The position numbers and the translations under genes are program-made. Below the pieces are notes generated by a model that saw only the letters and a list, made by a program, of their open reading frames with translations, was not told where the DNA came from and made no database searches. From Oculina patagonica (taxonomy: Eukaryota): DNA of 64,000 nucleotides. The stretch spans positions 2,666,001 to 2,730,000 of the forward strand of contig NC_135767.1 in assembly GCF_052425735.1 (NCBI RefSeq), in the 5' to 3' direction. This document shows positions 12,601 through 24,100 of the stretch, one piece after another. Position 1 is the first letter of the stretch, and every line of letters begins with the position of its first letter.

Positions 12601-15600
12601 TTTGCGGATGGCTTCTCAGAGGGCTCTTCAAGAAAATAAAGGTTAGAAAAAATGCTTTACAATGGACAATGGCTAGAGAGTCTACTTACACAGCCTCAAG
12701 AGTATTCAACAGCTTTGTCACGTCAGTTTTTCGCAAGTTCATGTTAAGGTGCCCCGCAAAGATTGTAATTGTCCAGTTAAAATGAAAAACCAGCGGCCAC
12801 GTTAATACTGCGAAGGCTCTTGCATCGACTTCCTATAAGCACATATTGAAAGCTCAATTTAAGTTATTTTACGCAAATTACCGAAATCTAGACCACTTGC
12901 GCTTTACGAAGCCTTTCTGCAGGAAGATGCGTAATTTGCTTGGATTTGGGAATGAAGTTATGTTCATTGTGGTATTCGGTGATTAACTGTCAAGAGATGC
13001 ACTACTAAGCACGGCCGTACCTAGGATTTTTTGTCTGCGGGGGCAAACTCCGCTGAACTCCGCTGCGGGGGCAAACTCCAATATAGCTAAAAGAAATAGC
13101 CCAGCAAAATCAAACACTATGTTGAACATTTAGTTTTCCTGGCGGGGGATGCCCCCCCCCCCCTGCCCCCCGCTAGGTACGGCCCTGCTAAGAGGCATAA
13201 ATATAAACGTTTACGAATGATGACGTTTGGTAGTATCTCTGCCAATACATTGCATACTTGTCCTTTGCTACAAGACTAGAAGTGTTTAGAAACCCTAGCT
13301 TAAGCTGTAAATGCTCTCATCTGTTAACAGAGAGAAGAAACTGAATGGAAAATCTCCAAGCAAGAACATGACCTTGTAAAGGTAAAAAATACTGAGAAAT
13401 GTTTCCGAATGGTAACGAAGAGCGATCTTTAACGTAGCAGTACACAGTAGGACAAGGGCTGTTTAAGTAATTCTCAATCAATCGAATCATTGAAATGTCG
13501 CATTACCTAAGAACGTTTATAAGTTTCCTCGAGACTGTTGTGAAATCTACCCTAGAAATGTTCAGACGTTTTTTTTGCTTGACATGGTCTTTTTGCTTTA
13601 GTTATCGTGTAGGTTTCCCTTTAGTTGGACGCATTTTTACTCGCTAACTACTAAGCCAAGTGGTGGACTATTTCCAACACATCAAACTTTGTGTATCGAT
13701 AATTTAATGAAAAATCTCAATGTATTTTCCTCTAACTAACACAACTGTTAGTATTTTTGGAGGTAACGGACCACCTAGTCTTGTCACGATCATAAAAGAC
13801 CGTGTAAGCTCGTGCCCACCCTGAACAACTCGCATTGTTATGTGTATGTATTGCAGACCTATGTTTCTCGTCTGCTCGATAGGCCTGTGACGTCAATCCT
13901 GATGCAGTGATGTTTATAAACGTCAAGGACCTGCGAACTCACTTTCAGGCATTGTTTGATCGGTAGGTTTGATTGGACATCTGATTATGCCGAAGCAATG
14001 TAATTCAAGTCAGTCAGTCAGCCAGCCAGCGCCAGCCTGCCAGCCAGCCTGCCAGTCAGTCAGTCTGTCAGTCTGTCAGTCTGTCAGTCATTCAATCATT
14101 CAGTCATTCAGTCATTCAGTCATTCAGTCATTCAGTCATTCAGTCATTCAGTCAGTCAGTCAGTCAGTCAGTCAGTCAGTCAGTCAGGCAGGCAGGCAGG
14201 CAGTCAGGCAGTCAGGCAGTCAGTCAGTCAGTCAGTCAGTCAGCAAGTCCGTCAGTCAGTCAGTCATTCAGTCATTCAGTCANNNNNNNNNNNNNNNNNN
14301 NNNNNNNNNNNNNNNNNNNNNNNNNNNNNNNNNNNNNNNNNNNNNNNNNNNNNNNNNNNNNNNNNNNNNNNNNNNNNNNNNNNNNNNNNNNNNNNNNNNN
14401 NNNNNNNNNNNNNNNNNNNNNNNNNNNNNNNNNNNNNNNNNNNNNNNNNNNNNNNNGACAGAGAAGAGAGTCAGTCAGTAGTCAGCCAGTCAGTCAGGCA
14501 GGCAGGCAGGCAGGAAGGCAGGCAGGCAGTCAGTCACTCAGTCAGTCAGCAAGTCCGTCAGTCAGTCAGTCAGTCAGTCAGTCAGTCAGACAGACAGTNN
14601 NNNNNNNNNNNNNNNNNNNNNNNNNNNNNNNNNNNNNNNNNNNNNNNNNNNNNNNNNNNNNNNNNNNNNNNNNNNNNNNNNNNNNNNNNNNNNNNNNNNN
14701 NNNNNNNNNNNNNNNNNNNNNNNNNNNNNNNNNNNNNCCAGCCAGTAGGTCAGACAGACAGCTGACAGGAAAATAGGCAGTCAAAAACCAACACTCATTA
14801 TACAACTTGACATAAAAACAAAAATATGCCTTTAGTATATCTCTCGCAGAGTTTTATTTTTTTTATCAGTTGCATTTTCTTCGTGCAGGTTTCTTCCTTC
14901 TGTTCGTGTGTCCCACTCGATATCTGTCCGTGACGTCATCGACAGTGAGATGACTGCAAAACCGTGGTCAGCCAAGGGAAGAGTTGAATCAAAACAAACT
15001 TTTTCACTACAAACAGGTACTATTTTTTTATTTCTCAGAAATATTCAGTCCCTTTTATCACAAATTATGTTGCATCTAACTTATTGTCGGTTTATCGGAA
15101 TTTTAAAACGCCATGTTCAGTAGAGGAAGTCTTATTAAGCGAATTTTGTTTATTGATTAAAAAAGAAAAACGGAATTCCAAGAAGGTTGCAACCCATGAT
15201 TTCCGGTTCTAGCAAATAATTTTAGTTCCTGTAGCATTGAACCACCTCCATTTATAATGTTGTCCTGTACTGATGCTGGTCTATTTAACAATTATTCGAC
15301 GAACGCCCGTTGGATCGGATATGACATGGTAGATGGTTGTTTCCAACAAGCGCGAGTGGAATAATTGTTTTATTAAATACACCCACAGAATTGCAATATT
15401 TGAGCTCCCCGGCTGTTCTAGCGGCGCGTACACCTATCATATTTGTGGCCAATGGTATATCAGGTACCATGGCCTGTAAGCCAACCAAAACTCAGGACTC
15501 GCAATATACCATGGCTAGTCATTAATAACACAGGTTACCCCGGCCTATAGCATTTTTGTTAAGTCGTCCAGACCATCCACTAATATCCACTTCTATTCCC

Positions 15601-16216
15601 AAGCGGAGAGATGCACTATACGAGAATCTGGATCGATAGACCATCACATAAGCACCCCTATCTCTCTTAAGAAACGCACACAATTCCAACATGGAATTCG
15701 AAGATACCAATAAGCTCAACCCTAAAGAAAGTATTCATGAAGTTGTTAGGTTATTTTCTTGACATCCTTGTTAACAACTTCTGATTTTTTTTTTCAGAAA
15801 ATCCTTCTCCTTTAAATAAAACGACAACAGCTCCTTCACATTCTCCAACGTTTATGTGTGGGATAGCGAAACCACAGCGGCGAATACGGACATGTCCCCC
15901 TCAACACGTGAAACAGTCAAAAAGAAACCTTGAACGCATGCATACCGAGCCAAGTATTTCACATCACAAACATTCTCTGAGTATCAAAAGTCAACTTCCA
16001 CAAAGGCCAACTTTACATACGGCTAGCTCAAGAAGTATCAGTGAATCACGTGCCCAGCGCGTGACTCTTAGAGATGTGGTAAACGTTAAGAGCGCGTGTG
16101 TATGTAACAACAGAAGGGTCATTGGGATTCAAGATCTGCGTAAGAGACAGGAGGATCTGGAACCCACTGAAGTAAGAATTATTGGCGGAATAGTTCGTGT
16201 TGTATATCGTACATAA
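9676..16216 (+). CDS. Uncharacterised TPR-like repeat protein, 11 coding exons
   Basis: Exons 9676-9738, 10897-10983, 11192-11299 (alternative donor 11281), 11418-11508, 11991-12052, 12208-12261, 12555-12641, 13331-13381, 13883-13962, 14889-15016 and 15798-16216 join in frame with GT-AG. TPR-like helices: AVALQNLQNYQRALRHFQRAME, GDLIEALNTIEKTILLDFRNP and ALSDASFAIQLSPTQVCGWLLRG. AATAAA at about 16467. Confidence 0.75.
13010..13187. mobile_element. hAT-like MITE with 5-bp TSD (CTAAG)
   Basis: CACGGCCGTACCTAG ... CTAGGTACGGCCCTG termini; CTAAG at 13005-13009 and 13188-13192; same family as 53271-53457. Confidence 0.85.
14008..14760. repeat. (CAGT)n/(CAGG)n/(CATT)n microsatellite containing two assembly gaps
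   Basis: Visible tetranucleotide array; N runs at 14283-14456 and 14599-14737. Confidence 0.95.
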
Positions 16217-17885
16217 GATGTCTTCTGTGACGGTAACCTGAGATCATGCCCTCCCCCCCTACTTAACCTCCCTCTCTCTTTAAAAAACTGACGGTCACTA
16301 CAATGCAAGGAGAGAGGAAATTCTCTGTTTCCTAAGAGAACCTATCTCAATCTGTTTTTAAATTTGTTAAATCATTTATACCCGCGCGAATTTGTGTACT
16401 TCTTGAGGGACGCTTGTAGAGCTACTTTGTATCATATAAGCAGCTGTAAATACAAGATTATAAGGGAATAAAGAAACCGTTAAACAATCAAACTAATTTA
16501 ATGGAGTGGCCATGTTGATAAACTGCGCAACAAGTCAGATCTGGGAAACAAACATCTTTTTCTGTTAAGGTATTCTGAAGTTAATTGGCCGCACTAAAGG
16601 GGTTTTACAGCTACTAGCTTTAAACGCGATTAACTTCATTGCTATGATTTGATTTTTCCTGTTAAATTTTTTTCAGGACCTTCAATATGTAAGCGAAAGA
16701 ATGTACTCAAGGTGAGATAACCGCTCAAAATTTCATTTTTTTTAAAAAAAAAAAATGCCTAATTTTCAAATCAGAATCCGAGACTACTGATCTCTAGCTT
16801 TATTATTTGTTTCCTTCCGCAGAAAGTGGTTGCAGGATAGAACTCCAACAAAAATTCCGGATTTTGCAGGCTGCCGAAAACTGTGACTTAGTAAAAGGTT
16901 TCGTCAAGTATCAACGATTTTTATACACGCGGAGATTAAAGTGCAAGCCAATGGCGGCCTCCTGGTCTCTGTGAATTGACTAAGCCGCATGAGTTTTCGT
17001 CACCGAAGTGATGAATTTCTAGAATGGCTGATAAAACCCACGCTTGCGGCTCGCAATTTTTGTCTTAAATAGATGCAGAACGCCAACTTTTCAAAGGAAT
17101 AGAGAAACCTTAGAATTTCTTTATCACACGAAAGAGGACAACTGGCCTCGCATAACAACTGAGATGCTTGGTGTTTGCACGTGTTTTGTATCATGTTTAG
17201 ACTGTTTAGTTAAACCAGTTTAACAAAATAAAAATCCCTTTCCAAAGTTAAAGCAAGTTCATACTTGCAGTTGTGGTTCTATTATTGAAATCTTTATTAA
17301 GTCATTAAATCTGTGTTATACGGCTGATCCTTTCTAAATTAAATAAGTTTCAATGTGAACTTTTTAAGTGTGAAACTGGTGTGGTGTAGGAATAGGGCTG
17401 GCCGTGGCACTCCAGTTTCTTAAAAATTAAATCACGTATAAGTTTTTCTGCTTTAATTTTTGACGCAGTTGTTTTACACTTAAATCAAAGTTATGTTATG
17501 ATGTTATTTTGAGATAAAAGGTATATATAAATCAGTTTGTATGTTTTTAAACATACAAACAGATTGGGGAAGCATGCGGCTTCAGTTATAAATCTGAAAG
17601 CGAATCCTGACAAAAAAATTTAAAACTCAAACCCCTAACACTTAACCACGTCGCTGAGTTCTGTCATAAAATTTGCTCAGCTTTTTCGGCCAATCAGGTT
17701 AAAAACCAATCACAATTCACACACGTGACATTTCCCGCCCTTTTCGACGTTAACCTGTATGTGTTTGCTTCGAGTTCTGATTGGATTTGAAGTTTATGTA
17801 CCGTCCATGTGATTGGTTAGGGACAACGCTGATTGATGTTAGGTTTACAACACATTTTATTGAATAATATTGCAAAGCTATTATT

Positions 17886-18929
17886 TTATACAACAGTAAT
17901 TAGTTGAATTGCTTCTTGGTTTTCATCTATTGAATTCACTACTCGTGTTAAGCAAGCATTCACTTCAGAGGTTTTGGTGTGTCTACAGAGCAGTCTACAG
18001 CAAAAAATCTTCAATCTACGATATAACAACAACACTTCTCTTTTAAAGTCACTCTTAAAGTACGTGTAAAGCAGCGGATTAAAAAGGCCCGTGGAAAACT
18101 TAAAAAATAACGAAATTTCATGCAACCACGAAGGAAAGACGAAAAAGGTGCGGTTAGAATCGGCTTCAATGGCGAGAAGAAAATAAGGGATCCATCCCGT
18201 GATGAAAACACCAAGCATGGCGACATAAATCAATTGCGCGTTCGTCTTTTCTGTTTTCTGATTGGCTGTTCGCAAGTGGTCGGTTTGGCGCTTGATGGCG
18301 CGAATCTGTTGCCTAGCAACAACCAGTATGTGAATATGGGCGTAGATCATGAATACAAGCGGAAGTAACACAATAATTGTCACGCAGAAAATGTCGTAGA
18401 TTAAATCGTTGTTCGGAAGCGACGGGGTTTCCTTCCATTCGGGGTCGTACCAGGCGAGCTGAATTAGCGAGACGAGCAGGGAGATAAACCACGTATATCC
18501 CAGTAAAGTCAAAATACGGGATTTTGTCAGAATTCTGGGGTACTTCATTGGGTAAACAATCATGATATACCGCTCAGTGGTGATGACCAGGAGGTGAATA
18601 ATTGTCGATATCGCCAAAAACCTCTGACATAAGTCCATGGCCAGACACAGCTCTGGAATAATACACGTGGTCGAAGAACAAGCTATCGTAAGTGGCAACG
18701 CAATGAGTCCTGCCATAAAATCGCTCGACGCCAGGCTACATAAACAAAAATTTGTTTGCGTTCGTAGAGAAATTCTTCGTACAACCAACATGATAACAGT
18801 TAAGTTTGCTGCTAGAATAAACAAAGACAAAACCACAAGACTTGCACAAATGATAATGGCTGATGAAGGAAGCGGATCTCCACTACAAACGCTTGCGGTT
18901 AAATTTGTTATGTTCTCCGTTTCATCCAT
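17886..18929 (-). CDS. Intronless class A (rhodopsin-family) GPCR, aminergic/adenosine-receptor-like orphan
   Basis: Seven hydrophobic segments; SLASSD (TM2), ERY...YPMKY (TM3/ICL2), WIPY (TM6) and NPLLY (TM7); N-terminal N-glycosylation sequons NIT and NLT. Confidence 0.93.
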   Translation of the reverse strand: MDETENITNLTASVCSGDPLPSSAIIICASLVVLSLFILAANLTVIMLVVRRISLRTQTNFCLCSLASSDFMAGLIALPLTIACSSTTCIIPELCLAMDLCQRFLAISTIIHLLVITTERYIMIVYPMKYPRILTKSRILTLLGYTWFISLLVSLIQLAWYDPEWKETPSLPNNDLIYDIFCVTIIVLLPLVFMIYAHIHILVVARQQIRAIKRQTDHLRTANQKTEKTNAQLIYVAMLGVFITGWIPYFLLAIEADSNRTFFVFPSWLHEISLFFKFSTGLFNPLLYTYFKSDFKREVLLLYRRLKIFCCRLLCRHTKTSEVNACLTRVVNSIDENQEAIQLITVV

Positions 18930-19557
18930 TATAAAGCTTGTAACGTTTAACGACCAACGATTAAAGCTTCAAGTCTTTATCCCAATGTTTGTTTTTTATA
19001 ATTCTAAAGTAAAACCTCAAGAATAGACCAGTCCTTGTTGAATAACCATAAATATCCAAGTATGAATCTGCAAAGTAAATTACAATTTTTTTGATTAGAA
19101 TTGATTGAAAAATGTACGAGAATTTCAAATATACTTTCGTAATAAATTCACCTGTTTTATGTTTTAGATCATGCATTGAAGCAAAACAGGATAAAAATTA
19201 GTAATGCATTCACCTGCATATATTTCTGGTATACCATTGATTTGAATATTTGCCATTTTCTTTGTTATTGGAATGAACTTGTTAAAGGAGAAGTTCACTC
19301 CAGGATGGCCATTTATTTTCTTTACGCCAATTAAAAGTTTATACAAAGATATGATATGCACCAAAATTTTAGCCTCCAACGTGCGCTATAACCCTACGAA
19401 ATCTTTCTTTGAAGTAGCCAAAAACTCGATAACTGAACGCCGCCATCTTGGAGATGGTAATGTATGCGTGACGTCAAAGAGCTCAACCTGGAGTTTGGCG
19501 GGAAAATTTTAATAGTCGAAACTCCTTGTTTCTTTGTAGTGGCTTTTATTTTTCAAA

Positions 19558-19800
19558 ATGCCTTTTTGTGCAGCTGCGTGTTGCTTAAAATCTTTTCACC
19601 GTCTTTCAATATCTAAAAGAAAAATTGCCCAAGAATGGCTTATAAGAATAAGTAGGGACGAAAATCCCTGCCAAAGCGAACACAAATATTTGTGTGTTCC
19701 AAAAACTATACGGAAGACTGCTTCGAAGAAGATCACAGATACAGTCTCCTACGTGAAAATACCCACAAAAAAAAAAGAAAGAGCCAGACGCAATATAGAC
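19558..19800 (+). pseudogene. Degenerate THAP domain (left arm)
   Basis: MPFCAAACC...FHRL...EWLIRISR...; deleted and frameshifted relative to a C2CH THAP. Confidence 0.7.
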
Positions 19801-20138
19801 TGTCCACAGCCTCTCAGGGAGGATTTTTAATCAACCAGAGAAACTCTTCTTGATCATATATAAGATTGCAACTCCCAAAGTGAGCTCTTTGTCATTTTTG
19901 TAGTTGACTGACTGAGCTAGAAATGTTCGAATTATTTCATTTTAGATCAAGCAAAATTTTAACTTTACTTATTACTTGTTTGTATCTCTTTCTCTGTCTT
20001 TTCCTTCTATATTTATTTACATGCACAACCCAGTCATTGCATTCAAAAATGTTTTAACAACTTAGCCCGTTTTGTTATTTCTATTCTGAGAAGTGTTTTT
20101 GCCAATTTAAGTCAATTTTTGTTCATGCTGTAATAATT

Positions 20139-20821
20139 TGCCGTCGTCGTATTTGCTCGATTAAACGCGGGTCATCGATTAAACGCCGGCTTCGTATAAA
20201 CGCCGGGTCAAAACTGCTAACTTTTAATAAACTCCGGGGATGTTTGATCGAGAATCCCGGCGTTTATTTGCGGTCGAGCAAACAAGTAAATATATTCTCT
20301 TAAATAGCACTGCTACGACAAACTGGTACGGTTTGCTTCTTTGGTAATTTTTCATATGATGTTCAAAGAAACGTCCGGTGTAAAATAACTAGGATGGATC
20401 CTGTAAACAAAATGAAACAGCAATGTTCGCGTTCGTGTTCACTTGTCATGACTGACGCACTGTTGTTTATTACAGTGGAAGAGGACGTTGGCGACATTGC
20501 CGTTTATGGACTCATTGGTTGTTTATGTTCTGTTTGTTACAAATCTTGATTGCAACATACACGGGCCGTATGCAATACTGTTACTTAGCTTTGGTAAAAA
20601 TCATCCTCGGAGACCCAGGAGCAGTTTGTCGGCCGTGACGACGAGAAAAATCGTGGTTCTCGAAGGATAGAAAATAATAAATCAACCTGAAAAAATTACA
20701 GAAAATTGCACTTCGTTAATAAACACCGGACCCCGATTAAAAGCCGGCTTCAATTAAACGTCGGGTTTACCAGGCCAAGTTTGAAATAAACTCCGGAGGT
20801 GTTTGATTTGAGAAAATACGG
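20139..20821. mobile_element. Nested TA-targeting MITE inside the Kolobok element
   Basis: Right end GAGAAAATACGG|TA; degenerate left end CGTATTTGCTCGATTAAACGC; internal TAAACGCCGG repeats. Confidence 0.55.
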
Positions 20822-20859
20822 TAAGAAAAATGACTAACCTCTATTCTTTCCTTATTCTT

Positions 20860-21149
20860 TCGCCTCCTTTCGCTTGCATGTCGTTTGAAGGGAGTTACAG
20901 AAGGAGATTTCTTAAAAATGGTTGGCATTGCGTCTGGCTTTTTCTTTCTTTTGTGGGTATTTCCACGCAGGAGACTGTATCTGTGATCTACTTTGAAGCA
21001 GTCTTCCACATAGTTTTCGGGACACACAAATATTTGTGTCTGCTTTTGAGCAATTGTTCTTTTAAATATCGGAAGACGGTGAAAATTAACACCTCTTTTA
21101 TATTTCTTGGAGGTCTGTTTGAGCAAAATGGAGCTGCACAAACAGGCAT
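20860..21149 (-). pseudogene. Degenerate THAP domain (right arm)
   Basis: MPVCAAPFCSN, a frameshift, then GVNFHRLP...VCPENYVEDCF...KPDAMPTIF (THAP AVPTIF box). Confidence 0.75.
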
Positions 21150-24100
21150 TTTGACAAAAAAGCCACTACAAAGAAACAAGGAGTTTCGAGTATTTAAATT
21201 TCCCGGCCAAACTTCAGGCTGAGCTCTTTGACGTCACGCATACATTACCAGCTCCAAGATGGCGGCTTTCAGTTGTCGAGTTTTGGGCTACTTAAGAGAA
21301 AGATTCCGTAGGGTTATAGCGCACGTTGGAGGCTGAAATTTTGGTGAATATCATATCTTTGTATAAACTTTTAATTGGCGTAAAGAAAATAAATGGCCAT
21401 TCTGGAGTGAACTTCTCCTTTAATGGGTTTCCAGTTAGTACGACTTTGTGTCATCTCGCTCGCGCTTATCTTTAATTAAATTTAGTAAAATTTGCATGTT
21501 AGCTGGCTTTCATCTGTGCAGGCAAAGTTGTCGCTGGCGACTCAAGAAAAGATCGTAACGAAATTGCAGGATGTTGTTGTTATTTTTGTTTTAACGGCAG
21601 TGTACACATAAAGGTTATATTACTTATGAATTTCGTTCTCTGATGGTCAGTTTTCAGGAAAAACTAAGCGTTATTTTTGCCAAAATCATTATACGCCACT
21701 AAAGGACCTTCTAAAACAGTCAGTATTTTAGCCACAGAAATACGCTTGCTTTCGGTGCAAACTAATAAATTTGGTTTGTGCTTGTAAATTCTGCTTGCAA
21801 TAATCAATGAGGTGCCTAGTTTAGCACTGCGGTATGAGGAACAAACTTATATTTTTAAAAATTCAACTGATAGGAGGGCCCTAACGTTGTATTAGAACGC
21901 CCAAAGGATATACGCCAACGAGTAAATAAGCTAGCAAAAAAGGCGAGTGCAGCTCTCTTTTGCCTACTTTCTCTAGTTCTCAGTTCTCCTTTTCTCTTGC
22001 CTAGCTCGCACTTCACAGCTATCGAGGGCCTGGAAAAAGCTGAAAAACACCACGTACCGCGCGAGGACGCACAAAGGCTTAAATAATATTTAAACAGGGG
22101 GTCCATTTCACCGCAGTGCTTTCAATGGAGCTCTGCAGTGGCTTTCCGCGCGCACGATTGCATATATTTAGAAAGAAGAAGTAAGCTAAGGGAAAAAAAT
22201 CTGCTTTTTGGAAATGCACTAAATACAACATTTTTGTTGCATTTGGCCAGATTTTTACTTGCTCGTATTCAGTGTTTTGCAATTATTACTGAGACTAATT
22301 TAAAGTTCTGAAGGTGATTACCCCCGAAAGTTACGTTACAATTTTACGGCCGTTGTTAGGAAATCCATAAAGGCGTGACCCTCCTCATCTTACAGCTTCT
22401 CACAGAAGCAACCTCAACAGGAGCCTCCTGACCTCAAACGCCAACGTAACTTGGCTTTTACGGATTTTAGTCAAATTTAGGCATCAGAAAATGGCCATCA
22501 AATTGAGCGAAATATAAAAATAACCACTTAAAAATTAACAATAAAAAACAGTGAAGGAACATTTCAATAACACAGGAAATACAAAAGAAGGTACGTATGG
22601 ACAAAAATTAAAGAAGATTAAAACAGATTTCGATGGGTTTTTGAAAAAATGTTAGGCCGAACATTTCTTCAAAATTAATCTCGTTTTTTCGTAACTTTTA
22701 ATTATAACGTCATGGACATATTTCAGTGTTTTTAACTAAATAAAGCTACGGTTTTGTCATTTAGATTCATAAAAGTCATGTCGATTCTTCGCTAACATCA
22801 ATGCAAGCGAGTGTTTGGCAAAAATTAATAAAATAGTCTAAGCTTAAGCTCTAGCCTGATTTGATGTTTCAGTTTATATGACCTTTATTCCAAAGACAAT
22901 ATATTACTCTGTTCTGAAGTAATATAAATTCTTTTCAGCGAGTTTATCCTCTTTACCTATAAAAACACTCTGTTTCCTTCCGCCAATTTTTTTTTAAAAA
23001 AGAACGACTTTGCTTTTTTTAAAAAGCAAAGTCGATCAACATGAAATACAATTTTTGATTGAAAAGAAGTGGCCCTCGAACTCCGAAAGTAGAGTAACGT
23101 AAATTCGTTATTTCCAATTTTTATGGTAACACCAAATTATATAACTGGAAATATATTGTATTCATAGAAAATAATCAATTTACCTTTCATTCGGCCACAT
23201 TGACAACTGTTTAACACTTAATTTGTTTTGGTTCTAGTGATTAGAAGTCAATTAACGCCTTTCGTTTTCAGGTGATTAGCACCTAAAAGAATTGGCGCGA
23301 TGTAAGCCCATTAGGCCGTTTGAATATGCCACCATTAAAATGGCGGAGCGTTTTACAATACAAAAACCCACTGTGGTGACAAACATGACCCTGGCATTTA
23401 AGATTTATGGTTCACCGACAAATTACTGTTTACCGTCCCAACGAAAGTGAATAAAAAAAAGTCGACAAGGTCACAAAATTGTTCTTTATGACAAACGAAG
23501 ATAGCTTAAGTTTCCAACATTGAGACAGTTCGTAGATACGGTCGACGAGCTTTTCGTAATGTCTTAGCTTTAATCGTAGTTGACCCCCTTTAGTATTTCA
23601 TTAAAAACCGGAGTAGCCAACAAGAATTATTTCATGCATAACAACCCTGAATGTCAGGGCTGAATGTCAGCAGAACATGCCTTTACTATTCCGTAAACAT
23701 CCGTTGCTTCAAGAAGTTAAGATACAATGTCGGAGAATAAGCCAAAATTATCATCCAGGACTATGTAGGAACTTATTCGCATAACATTTAATTGCAATTC
23801 AGTTCCGCCAAAACGTCGCAGAAATGAAACGTTCCGTCTAACGTGTGTCATAAAAATCTCAATTAATAATTCATAGAACTCCGATTTGCAGGAGTCACTT
23901 TGGCTAGAACACGAAAAAGAAATCCAACATTTCAATACCAAGTGACATGTATTTATAAGTGAAATTTACCGAGTAGTACCTTTATGTGATACCACTGTTT
24001 ATCATGCTGTACAAGATGCTTCTAACTTTTAAGTTTCATGTGGATCAAATCCAAGTGTGTGACCATTCAAATGAAGGCTATTGAGTAGTACTTTTATGTG

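Larger units (their letters stand above)
19286..21419. mobile_element. Non-autonomous Kolobok-type DNA transposon with about 500-bp inverted arms carrying THAP relics
   Basis: TTAA|AGGAGAAGTTCACTCCAG ... CTGGAGTGAACTTCTCCT|TTAA (TTAA TSD, AG..CT termini). Both arms contain a frameshifted THAP domain. Confidence 0.85.

Noticed and set aside
13969-14805. Ser/Gln/Val-rich ORFs
   Set aside because: They are translations of the CAGT microsatellite and N gaps.
22311-23285. Possible second Kolobok-like element
   Set aside because: The termini are too degenerate and there is no clean TTAA TSD.
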